Assembly: GCA_001779315.1 (NCBI GenBank) | Contig: MFJU01000028.1 | Location: forward strand, 614 to 64,613 | Source: Candidatus Gottesmanbacteria bacterium RIFCSPLOWO2_01_FULL_42_22 | Lineage (GTDB): Bacteria; Patescibacteriota; Microgenomatia; 2-02-FULL-39-11 | Direction: 5' to 3' | DNA: 64,000 bases | In this document: positions 46,166 to 55,606 of the stretch, one piece after another | Layout: each line of letters starts with the position of its first letter | How positions within the stretch are numbered: the first letter of the stretch is position 1 | Made by a program: the position numbers and the translations under genes | The notes under the pieces: model-generated | What the model saw: only the letters and a program-made list of their open reading frames with translations | Database searches by the model: none | Told to the model about the DNA's origin: nothing

Positions 46166-47119
46166 TTAGATCCTGGAGGAAGTATAGGAGAAGATAACCA
46201 TGTACGTAGATAAGGACATGATGCCAAGGCCAAGCCAGAAAAGAGTCAGGAAGGAAAAACATGTACTATTCAGCCCAAATAAAACAGTCAAAACCATGAA
46301 TAAGGCTAAGGCCAGGGCAATGATCTGAAAATTTTTCCGGCGGTAAATTTTGATAAAGATCCAGGACAACAACATTTGAACGGCAAAACCGATCAAACCC
46401 CAATAGGAAATGCGGCAGGTAGCGCCGCGGAAAAGAGGTGACATCCAAAGATTAGACCGGCCTGCAACCGGCCTGGTAGCTCTAGCTTCCTCGATGCCTA
46501 AAACAGGCACCACAGTCACGACAGTCCTGTTTAAATCGGTCCTGATGACAAAACGGGAAAAAGCAGCTCCCTGGTTCAAAGTCGGGGTAGGAGTCGGACT
46601 GGGAGGTGTGGAAGTAGCCGTCGGACTTTCGGCAGGGGCAAGCAATCCGATTTTCATACTGAAGGATAATGACTGGTCTGCCAAAGTATTGCCGGAAGTT
46701 TTGTCCATCAATAAAACGAGCTGATACTCTTTTATTTCCTGGACATCAATTTCTCCCAAGGAAATCTCGTCGTTATTAAAGACTTCGGTAAAAGTACCCG
46801 TCCAGACTGTTGAACCACTGGGTAAAGACTTGACTGTCAGGCTGGTCGCCGAAGTAATTGCTCCTGTGGATGATTCGTCATACGTACCCAGAGCCGCGCT
46901 TTTTTTACTGCCGGAGGTATTGTGGATTCGGAAAGTCTTAGAAATTTCTTTGCCCGGATACCATTTGTCTGTCGGGAAATAATCGGTCACCGGAGAGGGG
47001 GTGCAGCCGGAATCATTGCAGGTCAGATCAAGATCGGAGGCTTGTACTTCCTGCCGGACTAACAGACTGCAGAATTGAAACAGAGAAAATATTATGAATA
47101 TTAAAATTAGTTTCTTCAT
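46166..47119 (-). CDS. secreted protein with a C-terminal multi-TM region, in a cluster with SipW/TasA-like genes
   Basis: Signal peptide, beta-rich middle, T/P-rich linker, 3 TM helices at the C-terminus. Confidence 0.55.
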   Translation of the reverse strand: MKKLILIFIIFSLFQFCSLLVRQEVQASDLDLTCNDSGCTPSPVTDYFPTDKWYPGKEISKTFRIHNTSGSKKSAALGTYDESSTGAITSATSLTVKSLPSGSTVWTGTFTEVFNNDEISLGEIDVQEIKEYQLVLLMDKTSGNTLADQSLSFSMKIGLLAPAESPTATSTPPSPTPTPTLNQGAAFSRFVIRTDLNRTVVTVVPVLGIEEARATRPVAGRSNLWMSPLFRGATCRISYWGLIGFAVQMLLSWIFIKIYRRKNFQIIALALALFMVLTVLFGLNSTCFSFLTLFWLGLGIMSLSTYMVIFSYTSSRI

Positions 47120-47140
47120 ATATATAGATTTGCAAAAAAT

Positions 47141-47178
47141 CCCGGATCGTCATACCTACGACGATCCGGGATCGTTAG
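47141..47178. repeat. 40-bp palindromic repeat, copy 3; acts as a terminator on the minus strand
   Basis: On the minus strand, stem ATCCCGGATCGTC, loop GTAGGTAT, stem GACGATCCGGGAT, then TTTTTT. Contains the stop codon of the SipW-like gene. Confidence 0.8.
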
Positions 47179-48488
47179 AAATTGGATTCCAGATGATAAA
47201 TTTTTCCGGTTACACTGGCCACATCAAGACCCAGTTTGAGATTTTGAATGCCTGTATGGGGGGTGCAATCCGGTGGCGAACAGGTGCCCAAATAGAAACT
47301 CTTGCTGTCTTCGGCTTGACCCGACAGGGTTACTGTACCGGAATATGCTTGAGGCAAAGTATCGGTATCATAAGTCAAACTGTAATTATAAGAAACAAAG
47401 CGGGAAAGCCGGCTGACAGTGTATGAGACATTCTGACCGTCTTCTGAAAGGCTGGCCGATAAAAGAGGCGGCCGGGAATCGATAGTTGCTTTCCAAACCG
47501 AACTCCAGGGACTGCAGTTATCCAGACTGTCACAGGATTTGACCCTCCACCAGTAAGTGCCGTCGGGCGTACCCGGAGCCGGAATTTGCGAATTTGTTAG
47601 TTTGCCAGACTGGTAAGCCAGGGGTGAAAAACCGCTATTTCTGGCACTTTGATAGATATAGTAAACGGGATTATTCATATTCTGCCAGTCACTAACATCC
47701 GACCAATCCATGACCAATCCATCCGTTTCCCTGACGATATTATCGGGCGGAACAATCAGCAAAGGAGACGCAGGCGGCACATAATCTTTAGACGAGATAG
47801 AAACACCCGATACAATCGAGGCGGATGAAAAAAGCGCGGTGATCTGCCTGACAAAAAAAGGACTAAACGTAAAACCGGCCAATACGGAAGCGATGAAAAT
47901 ACCTGTCAGATTATAAGCCCGTTTCTTTGCCAATTCATCAAATCCGCTAAGAATTTCCCTGATTTGCCAAATGATTAAAAGCAAACCCGGAATTCCCACC
48001 AATAGCAAAAAACCGACAGACGACCGGACGGCAGAAGCCAGAAACCCCAAATAGGGAATTGACAAAAACCATAAACCGCGCACCATGGATGTGGAAACTT
48101 CCCATTTATCAGCCTCGCGGTTATTATCTCCTTTGGTGAAGAAAAGCCTGCGGCCTTGCGAAATCTTTATCTTTTCTACCCGGTGAAGAACGGTTTTACT
48201 TTTATCCTCCGGGGAATAAAAAGCAATGATATCTTTTTCACGTACTAAAACAGGATCAATCGGCAAAACCAGGGCAACCGCGCCGCTCTTTATTGCCGGC
48301 GACATGGAACCCGAAGTGACAATAAAGCTGGAAAAGAGGTTTTTGGTCGGTAAATACGGGGAAGCCACAACCATCAAAGCCGAGAGGATCATGGAAAAAA
48401 TAAACCATTCGGCAATCTTTCCGAATTTGAATAATATTTTTGGCCAATGTTTCGTATTTGGCCTGTCTGGATCAAGTCTTTGATACAT
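47175..48488 (-). CDS. SipW-like type I signal peptidase with a long C-terminal extension (TM plus ~250-aa beta-rich domain)
   Basis: VTSGSMSPAIKSGAVALVL (catalytic Ser box) and TKGDNN box as in B. subtilis SipW. Confidence 0.65.
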   Translation of the reverse strand: MYQRLDPDRPNTKHWPKILFKFGKIAEWFIFSMILSALMVVASPYLPTKNLFSSFIVTSGSMSPAIKSGAVALVLPIDPVLVREKDIIAFYSPEDKSKTVLHRVEKIKISQGRRLFFTKGDNNREADKWEVSTSMVRGLWFLSIPYLGFLASAVRSSVGFLLLVGIPGLLLIIWQIREILSGFDELAKKRAYNLTGIFIASVLAGFTFSPFFVRQITALFSSASIVSGVSISSKDYVPPASPLLIVPPDNIVRETDGLVMDWSDVSDWQNMNNPVYYIYQSARNSGFSPLAYQSGKLTNSQIPAPGTPDGTYWWRVKSCDSLDNCSPWSSVWKATIDSRPPLLSASLSEDGQNVSYTVSRLSRFVSYNYSLTYDTDTLPQAYSGTVTLSGQAEDSKSFYLGTCSPPDCTPHTGIQNLKLGLDVASVTGKIYHLESNF

Positions 48489-48543
48489 ATATTCTCATCC
48501 GATGGTCCGACGTGACGTCGGGCCGTCGGTGAAAATATACTTT

Positions 48544-49092
48544 TTACTCTTGAGTTCCGGTTAAGGTAAAACCAACTCCCGGCATGCTTAAATTAGCCGC
48601 TGTATTATCAGCAGTATCAGACATCCTGAAATACAGATTGTAAAGCGTTTCACTATCCGGAGTTATCGAACCTAAAGACGCCGGATTGGTAAACCAGTCA
48701 TTTAAAGATTTCCAACCTACAACAGTATTATCCAGAGAATCGGCTACCCTCATCTCAATTACGTCTTTTAAAAGCGTTCCCCAACCGGATCCGCCGGTTG
48801 TCAATGCCATAACTACTCCTAAATTAATCGGAGCAGTCGAAGCATTTTTTAACCACATTTCCTGTACCGGAGAAACGTAACCCGGATACATATTGGCTAA
48901 ATCAATGGTCGAATTCCAGGTCGCTTCGTAGCTATCGTCATCCCAAATTTGCAGAGTGGCATTGCCGGAAGCAAAGGAAACGTTTTCCAAAGTCGCCTGT
49001 GAAGAAAACAGGGCAACCGCTCCTCCTGCGACTGTTGCGGTTATCATGACGAGTCCTATAAGTCCAAAAAGAATTTTTTTCAATTTACTCAC
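48544..49092 (-). CDS. TasA/camelysin-like (peptidase M73 family) secreted protein
   Basis: Signal peptide then ALFSSQATLENVSFASGNATLQI, resembling the TasA N-terminal AAFND...FASGTLDL. Confidence 0.55.
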   Translation of the reverse strand: MSKLKKILFGLIGLVMITATVAGGAVALFSSQATLENVSFASGNATLQIWDDDSYEATWNSTIDLANMYPGYVSPVQEMWLKNASTAPINLGVVMALTTGGSGWGTLLKDVIEMRVADSLDNTVVGWKSLNDWFTNPASLGSITPDSETLYNLYFRMSDTADNTAANLSMPGVGFTLTGTQE

Positions 49093-49726
49093 CCCCTTTG
49101 GGCAAAAAATAACCGGCTTCCCTATTCCATCAGCAAAGATGAAACAGCTTGAACCGGTTTGCCTAAAAATTGGTTATTTTTGCCCATTCATTCCGGGCAG
49201 GTGGTTTAAGCAGGATTTAGAAATTGATTATAGGTTTATATAAAAAAATATATTTTCAGGAGCAGAAGTACTATTCAGTTGACTATGATAATCCAAACCT
49301 CATGTAAATACAAATAGACAATCATCTATATATTCTTGTGTAATTAAAAGACCTATGAAACAATCAGTGGAGTTGAGCGCGAAAAGTAAAGTGGTAGAAG
49401 TATTTTTGCCACATTTCTGCAGTTTGCCTGTATTTATTTTCTCCGTAAAAAAAATCAGCAAAGAGTTCCTTACATCGGCATAATTCCTTAAGTTTCCCCT
49501 CATCACGGCCGACACCTGTAATTGTCAAATCTAGGAGCTCCAAAGCGCGAAAGAAGGCCGCCGGGCAATAATTTTTATTTCTTCCAGGCTGATTTTTTCA
49601 GAAATTATTTTCATTGCGATATGATTATTATATATGATTATTATAGATTATCCTGACTTAGCCTCCTAGTGACCAAACTGAAACAATCATTATTGAAGAT
49701 TTAAGCTCGTATGATAAGATATCTGC

Positions 49727-50092
49727 ATGAAAAAGGGCACCGCTCATAACTGCCGGGCGATTGTCGTCGGCTGTATGGATTTCCGCTTGAGAAGCGACAT
49801 CCGAAAGTGGACAGCTAAACTCGAAGGAGGCTTTGACAGGCTGGCTATTGCCGGAGGGGTAAAAAATCTTCCATTTGTCCTTGAGCAGGTAGAACTTTCA
49901 TATAAACTGCACCATATCTGTGAAGTCTATCTGATGAACCATGAAGACTGCGGGGCTTACGGGGAAGAAGGGACTTTAAAAAAACACCGTCAGGACCTCT
50001 CCTTCGCCAAAAAGATCATCAAACAAAAATTCCCCAAGCTCAAGATTGTCACCCTCTTTCAAAAACTCAACGGCAACTTTGTGGAAGTTTAA
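49727..50092 (+). CDS. small protein with beta-carbonic-anhydrase-like zinc-site motifs
   Basis: GCMDFRL (CxDxR) and NHEDCGA (HxxCG). Only 121 aa, shorter than typical beta-CAs. Confidence 0.35.
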   Translation: MKKGTAHNCRAIVVGCMDFRLRSDIRKWTAKLEGGFDRLAIAGGVKNLPFVLEQVELSYKLHHICEVYLMNHEDCGAYGEEGTLKKHRQDLSFAKKIIKQKFPKLKIVTLFQKLNGNFVEV

Positions 50093-50136
50093 ATTTAAAA
50101 AAGTGCTTCCGGATTGGTCAGAGCTTAGCTTTGCTT

Positions 50137-51090
50137 TTACGGAAGAAGACTCATTATGTCCCCGGTAATGTAATTGCCGTCTTGGGGAATATACTGTTGA
50201 GCGGTATATTGATCTACCCTGGTTTGCCAGTTTTCTGCCCTGTTGGTTGGAGAAATCGAAGTATACTGGTCAGGAAATTGCATGGAAATACTGGGCGGAT
50301 TGCGATTTGTAATAATTGATAAAATCTCATCAGCATGAGCTTTTGGCAGTATATAGACACATTTTTGCCGGGAATTGGCATTTTTATATTTATTGGCCAA
50401 AGTCAATAAAAAAGCAGAGTTTATGGTCATGCGATAGGTACTCTCATCACCTCTGCCGCCGAACAATCTCTCAACTCCGTGTTTGGCGGCAACATCCATA
50501 AAGCTGTTCTGATTGGCCGGATCGAGTACCCAAATCGGCTTCCCGTAGTTCATGCTGAATTTGTATATTTTGGAAAAAAACGGAATAAATTTTTCATCAG
50601 GATCGGCAATGAAATTTACCCAAAAGCTGCTTTTTTTCATTTCTTCAATTGCCGGCGGATAATATTCGGGAATCACACAGCTGCTGCTCTCAATTGCTTC
50701 CTTAATTTTTTTCATCTTTTCCTTATTTTCTACATCCTCTAAATGATGTTCTGTCATTAAAAAAGTCACCGTAAAAAAATCATTCAGCTTTAAGGTCCTT
50801 ACTTCCAAACCTTCCAGCGGATTTTCCACGGTTATGCTATTAACATCTATCGTCGACTCCATGGTTATTTTCCTGGAATTTTGCTGTTGATCACCAGATA
50901 AAGGTTGTACTGCAACTGTCGAATCCATGTTTCCTATTTGTCCCTGAATCGGCTCTTTACTTGGTATGTGAGTTTCAGGAGGAGGCGGTTTTAACCGGCA
51001 AGACGCAAGGACAGCACTTCCAAAAGCCACGCCTAAAAATCTTAAAAAATCCTGGCGGTCCATTTCAGCTAAATTGACCATAACTTTCAA
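50137..51090 (-). CDS. putative lipoprotein
   Basis: RQDFLRFLGVAFGSAVLASC leader with lipobox LASC. Tat-like but only one Arg. Confidence 0.5.
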   Translation of the reverse strand: MKVMVNLAEMDRQDFLRFLGVAFGSAVLASCRLKPPPPETHIPSKEPIQGQIGNMDSTVAVQPLSGDQQQNSRKITMESTIDVNSITVENPLEGLEVRTLKLNDFFTVTFLMTEHHLEDVENKEKMKKIKEAIESSSCVIPEYYPPAIEEMKKSSFWVNFIADPDEKFIPFFSKIYKFSMNYGKPIWVLDPANQNSFMDVAAKHGVERLFGGRGDESTYRMTINSAFLLTLANKYKNANSRQKCVYILPKAHADEILSIITNRNPPSISMQFPDQYTSISPTNRAENWQTRVDQYTAQQYIPQDGNYITGDIMSLLP

Positions 51091-51224
51091 AGATTACTAT
51101 AGGATAATAAGGACAGGCAATGCATCACCAATACATAGCGGATCCTGATTTATCTATTGATAAAAGTCTATTTGATTGAGGCTGTAGCGGGGAGTATGAT
51201 AAAATTTATACTATCGGACTTTGT

Positions 51225-51785
51225 ATGACAGTCTATTTCACTGCTTCAATCGTCGGCAAAAAATACCATTTGATTAATTACCTGAAAATTATTGATATCC
51301 TTAAATCTAAAAACTGCCAGGTTATTTCCGACCACATTATCAAATCGACCGAATCTGAAGTCAAGCTGGAAAACAAAGAAGACCGGTTGAAGTTCCATAA
51401 ACAGCTGGAAAAATGGATATCATCTGCTGATTTTATCGTCGCAGAAACGACCTTTCCTTCCATTTCAGTCGGTTACGAAATATCGCTGGCCGAAGCTTTC
51501 CTCAAACCGATCCTGATACTTTTTTCCGAAGGCAATCCCCCCTCTCTTCTGGCCCACCACCGGGATGAAAAATTGATCTGTGAAAAATATAGCGGGGAAA
51601 ACCTTCCCGGCCTTATTGATGATTTTATCAATTACGTCAGAGGCAACAATGATACACGCTTCACTTTTTTTATCACTTCCAAAATCGCCTCTTTCCTGAA
51701 TAAGGTCTCAAAACGGGAAAAACTGCCAAAATCGGTTTACCTGCGGCAGCTTATCGAAAAAGAAATGAAAACTGGCGGAAAATAA
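51225..51785 (+). CDS. DNPH1/RCL-like nucleotide hydrolase domain fused to a C-terminal ribbon-helix-helix domain, paralog A
   Basis: VYFTASIVGKK...ADFIVAETTFPSISVGYEISLAEAFLKPILILF parallels DNPH1 (VYFCGSIRGG...VVVAEVTQPSLGVGYELGRAVAFNKRILCLF) including the catalytic Glu. C-terminal RFTFFITSKIASFLNKVSKREKLPKSVYLRQLIEKEM is RHH-like. Confidence 0.6.
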   Translation: MTVYFTASIVGKKYHLINYLKIIDILKSKNCQVISDHIIKSTESEVKLENKEDRLKFHKQLEKWISSADFIVAETTFPSISVGYEISLAEAFLKPILILFSEGNPPSLLAHHRDEKLICEKYSGENLPGLIDDFINYVRGNNDTRFTFFITSKIASFLNKVSKREKLPKSVYLRQLIEKEMKTGGK

Positions 51786-51867
51786 TTTTTTTACCCGACA
51801 CCCCTTCTTTTTCAATGCATATCGGTTATGCATTGAGATTGTCATAAAGCTCTATTTAAAATAGGGC

Positions 51868-53113
51868 ATGACACTAATTTCTGAAAACTTCTGCTGGATC
51901 AATCATCCAGAATTTTCTTCCGGTGATCCGCTTTTGGATAAAACCGCCGGCCTATTTGCCTCTCTAATGACCGGTCAAATCCCCGACCGGCAGACCGCGG
52001 ATTACCTACCCATCAACGGAGGAGCCGTATCTGCTCCGGCTGAAGCCAGTCTTCTGCTGCAATACGGTTTAACAGACCATGAAGACTCCCTGCTCTCCGA
52101 TTCCGATCTAAATTTAATCCCTGAAAGCCTGCTGGAAATGTTGCGCTGTGCTGATGAAATGAGAATTATTGATGCCCGCCGGAAAATTTTTGATGACAGC
52201 CGGCGGATAAAGGAACTTGAAGCGGAAAAAGCCCAGGTAGTCCAATCACGGATTGATGCTGTTTTAACTTTTTTTGCCCAACAGAAACCGTTACACATTC
52301 CGGAAAACTCCGGCCATCCTCCCGATGAACGAACAGCTTTGCTTGCCCGGCTGCTTCAGCCTGAGATCAGAACGAATAGAGCTAATACCGATACGGCTTT
52401 GCGCGGAGGCAGAACGTTACTTTTCAGTCGTGAGGAAATCGATGATACAGCCAGAAAGACTGCCGCAGTCTCTGCCTCTGCCATGGCAGAATTGGATCTT
52501 CTGGAAAGACAAACAGACCGGCTCCGGCGGGAAAAATCAAGCCTAAATACTTCTCTGACGGATTTAATTCGTTTGAATCGCCTCCTTAAAGAAAACCAAA
52601 GCATAATTTATCACTATTTTTTTAAAAAGGAAAAACGCCAGATTCTGGATAATATGCCTCCTTTATCTGATGAGAGCCGGAATCTGTTTCAGTTGGCCGG
52701 ATTGTGTGCTTTTATTCAGGGAGTCCTCTACCGCAAATTTACCCCGAGTAATAAGCTTCCCCGAAGCATAGATCTTAAAAAAACCGCTAAAAATATGCTT
52801 GCCTATGCTTGCCCAGGTACATCATCAAAACCGCAGGGGGATTGATGCCCTGCTTAAAAGAATGGAGGCGGTCATTCTGAAAAACCCAGCCGCTTCGCAA
52901 AATCAATTAAATGATTTCCTCGACAGGTTAAGGTCAATGGAAAAAGAACTAAAACCAAATCCCAAGACGGAAGTTGAGCGGACAAGACCGGCTGAAAACG
53001 GCAGGCCGGTCCTTTATTATTTGATATCCGTCATGGAAAATATAGGAACCCCAAATCATCCCGTCTGGCAAAGGAAGGCATGGCTGATCCCTAAAGAATT
53101 TGGCAATCGATAA
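51868..53113 (+). pseudogene. hypothetical ~415-aa gene split by a 10-bp tandem duplication (52795..52814)
   Basis: ATGCTTGCCT/ATGCTTGCCC direct repeat. Removing one copy joins ORF 51868..52845 in-frame to ORF 52799..53113. Confidence 0.55.
52795..52814. repeat. 10-bp tandem duplication causing a +1 frameshift
   Basis: Seen directly. Confidence 0.8.
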
Positions 53114-53384
53114 TTCACCTATTTCCCAAGACAGAGGGAAAAAATATTGGGGCGATATGTCAAAGGTAACATCAAAGGACCTCGAGGCTATGCATCAACT
53201 TGCCCGGGACTGGGGAATGATTAGGGCCAGGTATGAAATAGATGCTGCCCGAGCTAAAGCCAATGGCAGACCATTCTCACCAGTTAGAATTAGTGATGAG
53301 CATCCTGCACCTGAAGTCATGACTTTCCAGGAATTTGAGGAATTATCCAGAGAAATGGGCAGTCGAAACAGACAGAACAATTAG
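53100..53384 (+). CDS. small hypothetical protein
   Basis: ORF only. Overlaps the end of the previous gene by 14 nt. Confidence 0.35.
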   Translation: MAIDNSPISQDRGKKYWGDMSKVTSKDLEAMHQLARDWGMIRARYEIDAARAKANGRPFSPVRISDEHPAPEVMTFQEFEELSREMGSRNRQNN

Positions 53385-53413
53385 GAATTTTAATCAGTTA
53401 TAATAAGGTATTC

Positions 53414-53971
53414 ATGAAGGCTTATTTCACCGCTTCAATCACCGGCAAAAAGCAGTATTTACCGAATTATCAGTATATTCTGGACGAACTGCGGCAACAT
53501 AAATTGGAGGTCATTTCCGACCATATCATAAAGACCGAAGAGTCCGAAGTTAATTTAAGTAAGCGTGAAGACCGCCTGAAATTCCACAAACAGCTCGAGA
53601 AATGGATATCATCATCAAACTGCATGGTAGCCGAAGTCTCATTCCCCTCAATCAGCGTCGGCTATGAAATTTCCCTGGGGCTTCATTTAGGCAAACCAGT
53701 CCTGGTCCTTTATAACGAGGGCTATCCCCCATCGCTTCTGGCTGAACACAAAGATGAAAAATTAATAACGGAGCGTTACAGCAAGGAAACTCTGCCGGGA
53801 ATAATCGGGGACTTCGTAGAATTCGTCAAAGGTCCGGCGGATATGCGCTTCACTTTTTTCATCACCCGGGAAATCGCCGCCTATTTGGATAAAGTCACTG
53901 TCAGAAAAAAAGTCCCCAAAGCAGTATACCTTCGCAAACTGGTCGAGGAAGACATGAAGAAAAACAGCTGA
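53414..53971 (+). CDS. DNPH1/RCL-like nucleotide hydrolase domain + RHH fusion, paralog B
   Basis: AYFTASITGKK...CMVAEVSFPSISVGYEISLGLHLGKPVLVLY. Same architecture as 51225..51785. Confidence 0.6.
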   Translation: MKAYFTASITGKKQYLPNYQYILDELRQHKLEVISDHIIKTEESEVNLSKREDRLKFHKQLEKWISSSNCMVAEVSFPSISVGYEISLGLHLGKPVLVLYNEGYPPSLLAEHKDEKLITERYSKETLPGIIGDFVEFVKGPADMRFTFFITREIAAYLDKVTVRKKVPKAVYLRKLVEEDMKKNS

Positions 53972-54682
53972 CTAATTATTCACCTCTGCTTGAATAGGGC
54001 ACATCAGGAGCTGATTGTAACCGGTGGCGGAAACTTTGACTTCTTCCCCACCAGACAGGAAAAAATTGGCAGGCTCAATCTTCCAGCTGAACGGATCGGC
54101 AATCAGAAGTTTCAGGCTATTATTTCCCCCGCTGCTTTTCAAATCCTGCATAATGCAATAATATCCGGCAGGACAGAATTGGGGCGGCCGGATGACGTAG
54201 TGGCCGCCTGTTAAACTGACCTGGCCGTAACCTTTGATATCGGTCATTAAAGAGCGACAGGAAGAGGCACTGTTTGACTGGATAGCGGAGAGCATTTCTA
54301 TTTTTCCCCGGCAGACGGTGAAGCTGCCCGAATAGGGATAAAGCTGTCCGCAGGCTGATGTACGGGCAATGAGGCTAACTTTCCCTGTGGTTTCGGCAGG
54401 TGAAACGAAACGGGTGGGTAATGGATAGACGCGGCTTGGCATTGGCATGGGATAGGGCTTGTAGGAATCTGAAATAGGCGGAATAATTCTGGCGCGGCCT
54501 GAAATCGGCCTGTCTGAAATAAAAGCTTTGGCCAGCGGCAGCCAAAGATACGATCTCAAAGCAGACAATGCCAGAAAAAAGAAGACAACTAAAACTAATT
54601 TTGCTGTTTTGCCCATAAAAAAATGCCCTTTATCGGGCAGTAAAGACATCTTATCCTCAAGACCTTTTTCTGTCAAGCTCAT
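53972..54682 (-). CDS. membrane-anchored Cys-rich hypothetical protein
   Basis: N-terminal TM. ORF only. Confidence 0.45.
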   Translation of the reverse strand: MSLTEKGLEDKMSLLPDKGHFFMGKTAKLVLVVFFFLALSALRSYLWLPLAKAFISDRPISGRARIIPPISDSYKPYPMPMPSRVYPLPTRFVSPAETTGKVSLIARTSACGQLYPYSGSFTVCRGKIEMLSAIQSNSASSCRSLMTDIKGYGQVSLTGGHYVIRPPQFCPAGYYCIMQDLKSSGGNNSLKLLIADPFSWKIEPANFFLSGGEEVKVSATGYNQLLMCPIQAEVNN

Positions 54683-54870
54683 CCTAAAGAGTGTGTTGAA
54701 TAACTCTTGGTCATTTCGAATGAAATGAGAAATCCAGGCACGAAGTGCTGCATTTTACGCTGACGCTAGATTTCTCGCTACGCTCGAAATGACAATATGA
54801 AAAACGTTTTTCATCAGACTCTGTACATAACTTGACATGTACTAATAAAAATATGATATAATACGACACT

Positions 54871-55077
54871 ATGGTAGAAAAATTCGTACCTAAAATTGCA
54901 CCTGATGATGTTGAATCTATCTTTCAAGCAACGGCTGATCATCTTGGAATCAGCGTTGAAGAGGTTATGCAGATATCTAGAGATGTTATGGAATCAGGAA
55001 CTGCGGTATTCTTTGAGCGTAGAGGTGAAGCACGAGTTCCTGTCACAAAATCTTCTCAAGACTTACCCAAACCTTAA
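54871..55077 (+). CDS. small hypothetical protein
   Basis: ORF only. Confidence 0.25.
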   Translation: MVEKFVPKIAPDDVESIFQATADHLGISVEEVMQISRDVMESGTAVFFERRGEARVPVTKSSQDLPKP

Positions 55078-55606
55078 TTTATTGATTCTTTATGGAAACT
55101 GAGAAATACGTTTCCGATTCTTGACTGCCTTATTTAATTTTCAATTGTCAGCAGTCCGCGATACTCGACCACGCTGCGCTCTCAGATAGATTTTCAAACC
55201 ATTCTATCCTCAAGTCTCATAATACAGTATATGCGGTTCTAACCCCGCAGAATCTCTTCCATATTCCGCTATACTCATTTTAATTTGATAAAATTGTGTA
55301 AAATTACTTCGGAATTACTGAAAAACCGCAAATCAAGAAAGCTTACGTCAGACGGACGGCTCGTTGGAGATTTGGGAGAAAAATTAATCCAGATGGTTCT
55401 TTTGAGGAAATTTACAATGGCCCAGGGAAATATCTTAAACAGCTTACTATGAAAAGCAAATCACCATACAATCGTCTGCATCTTCTCCCTATAAATAAGT
55501 TGAGAGAGATATCCGAAGTAATTCCGAAGAATGATAAGATTAAAAACTCCTGTGTCTGAAAATACGGTCCAGGCTGAAAACAAATTTGTCTTATCCAAAC
55601 AGAAAA

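Noticed and set aside
47094-47426. 110-aa + strand ORF spanning repeat copy 3
   Set aside because: It runs through the palindromic terminator and antisense to the 3' end of the SipW-like gene.
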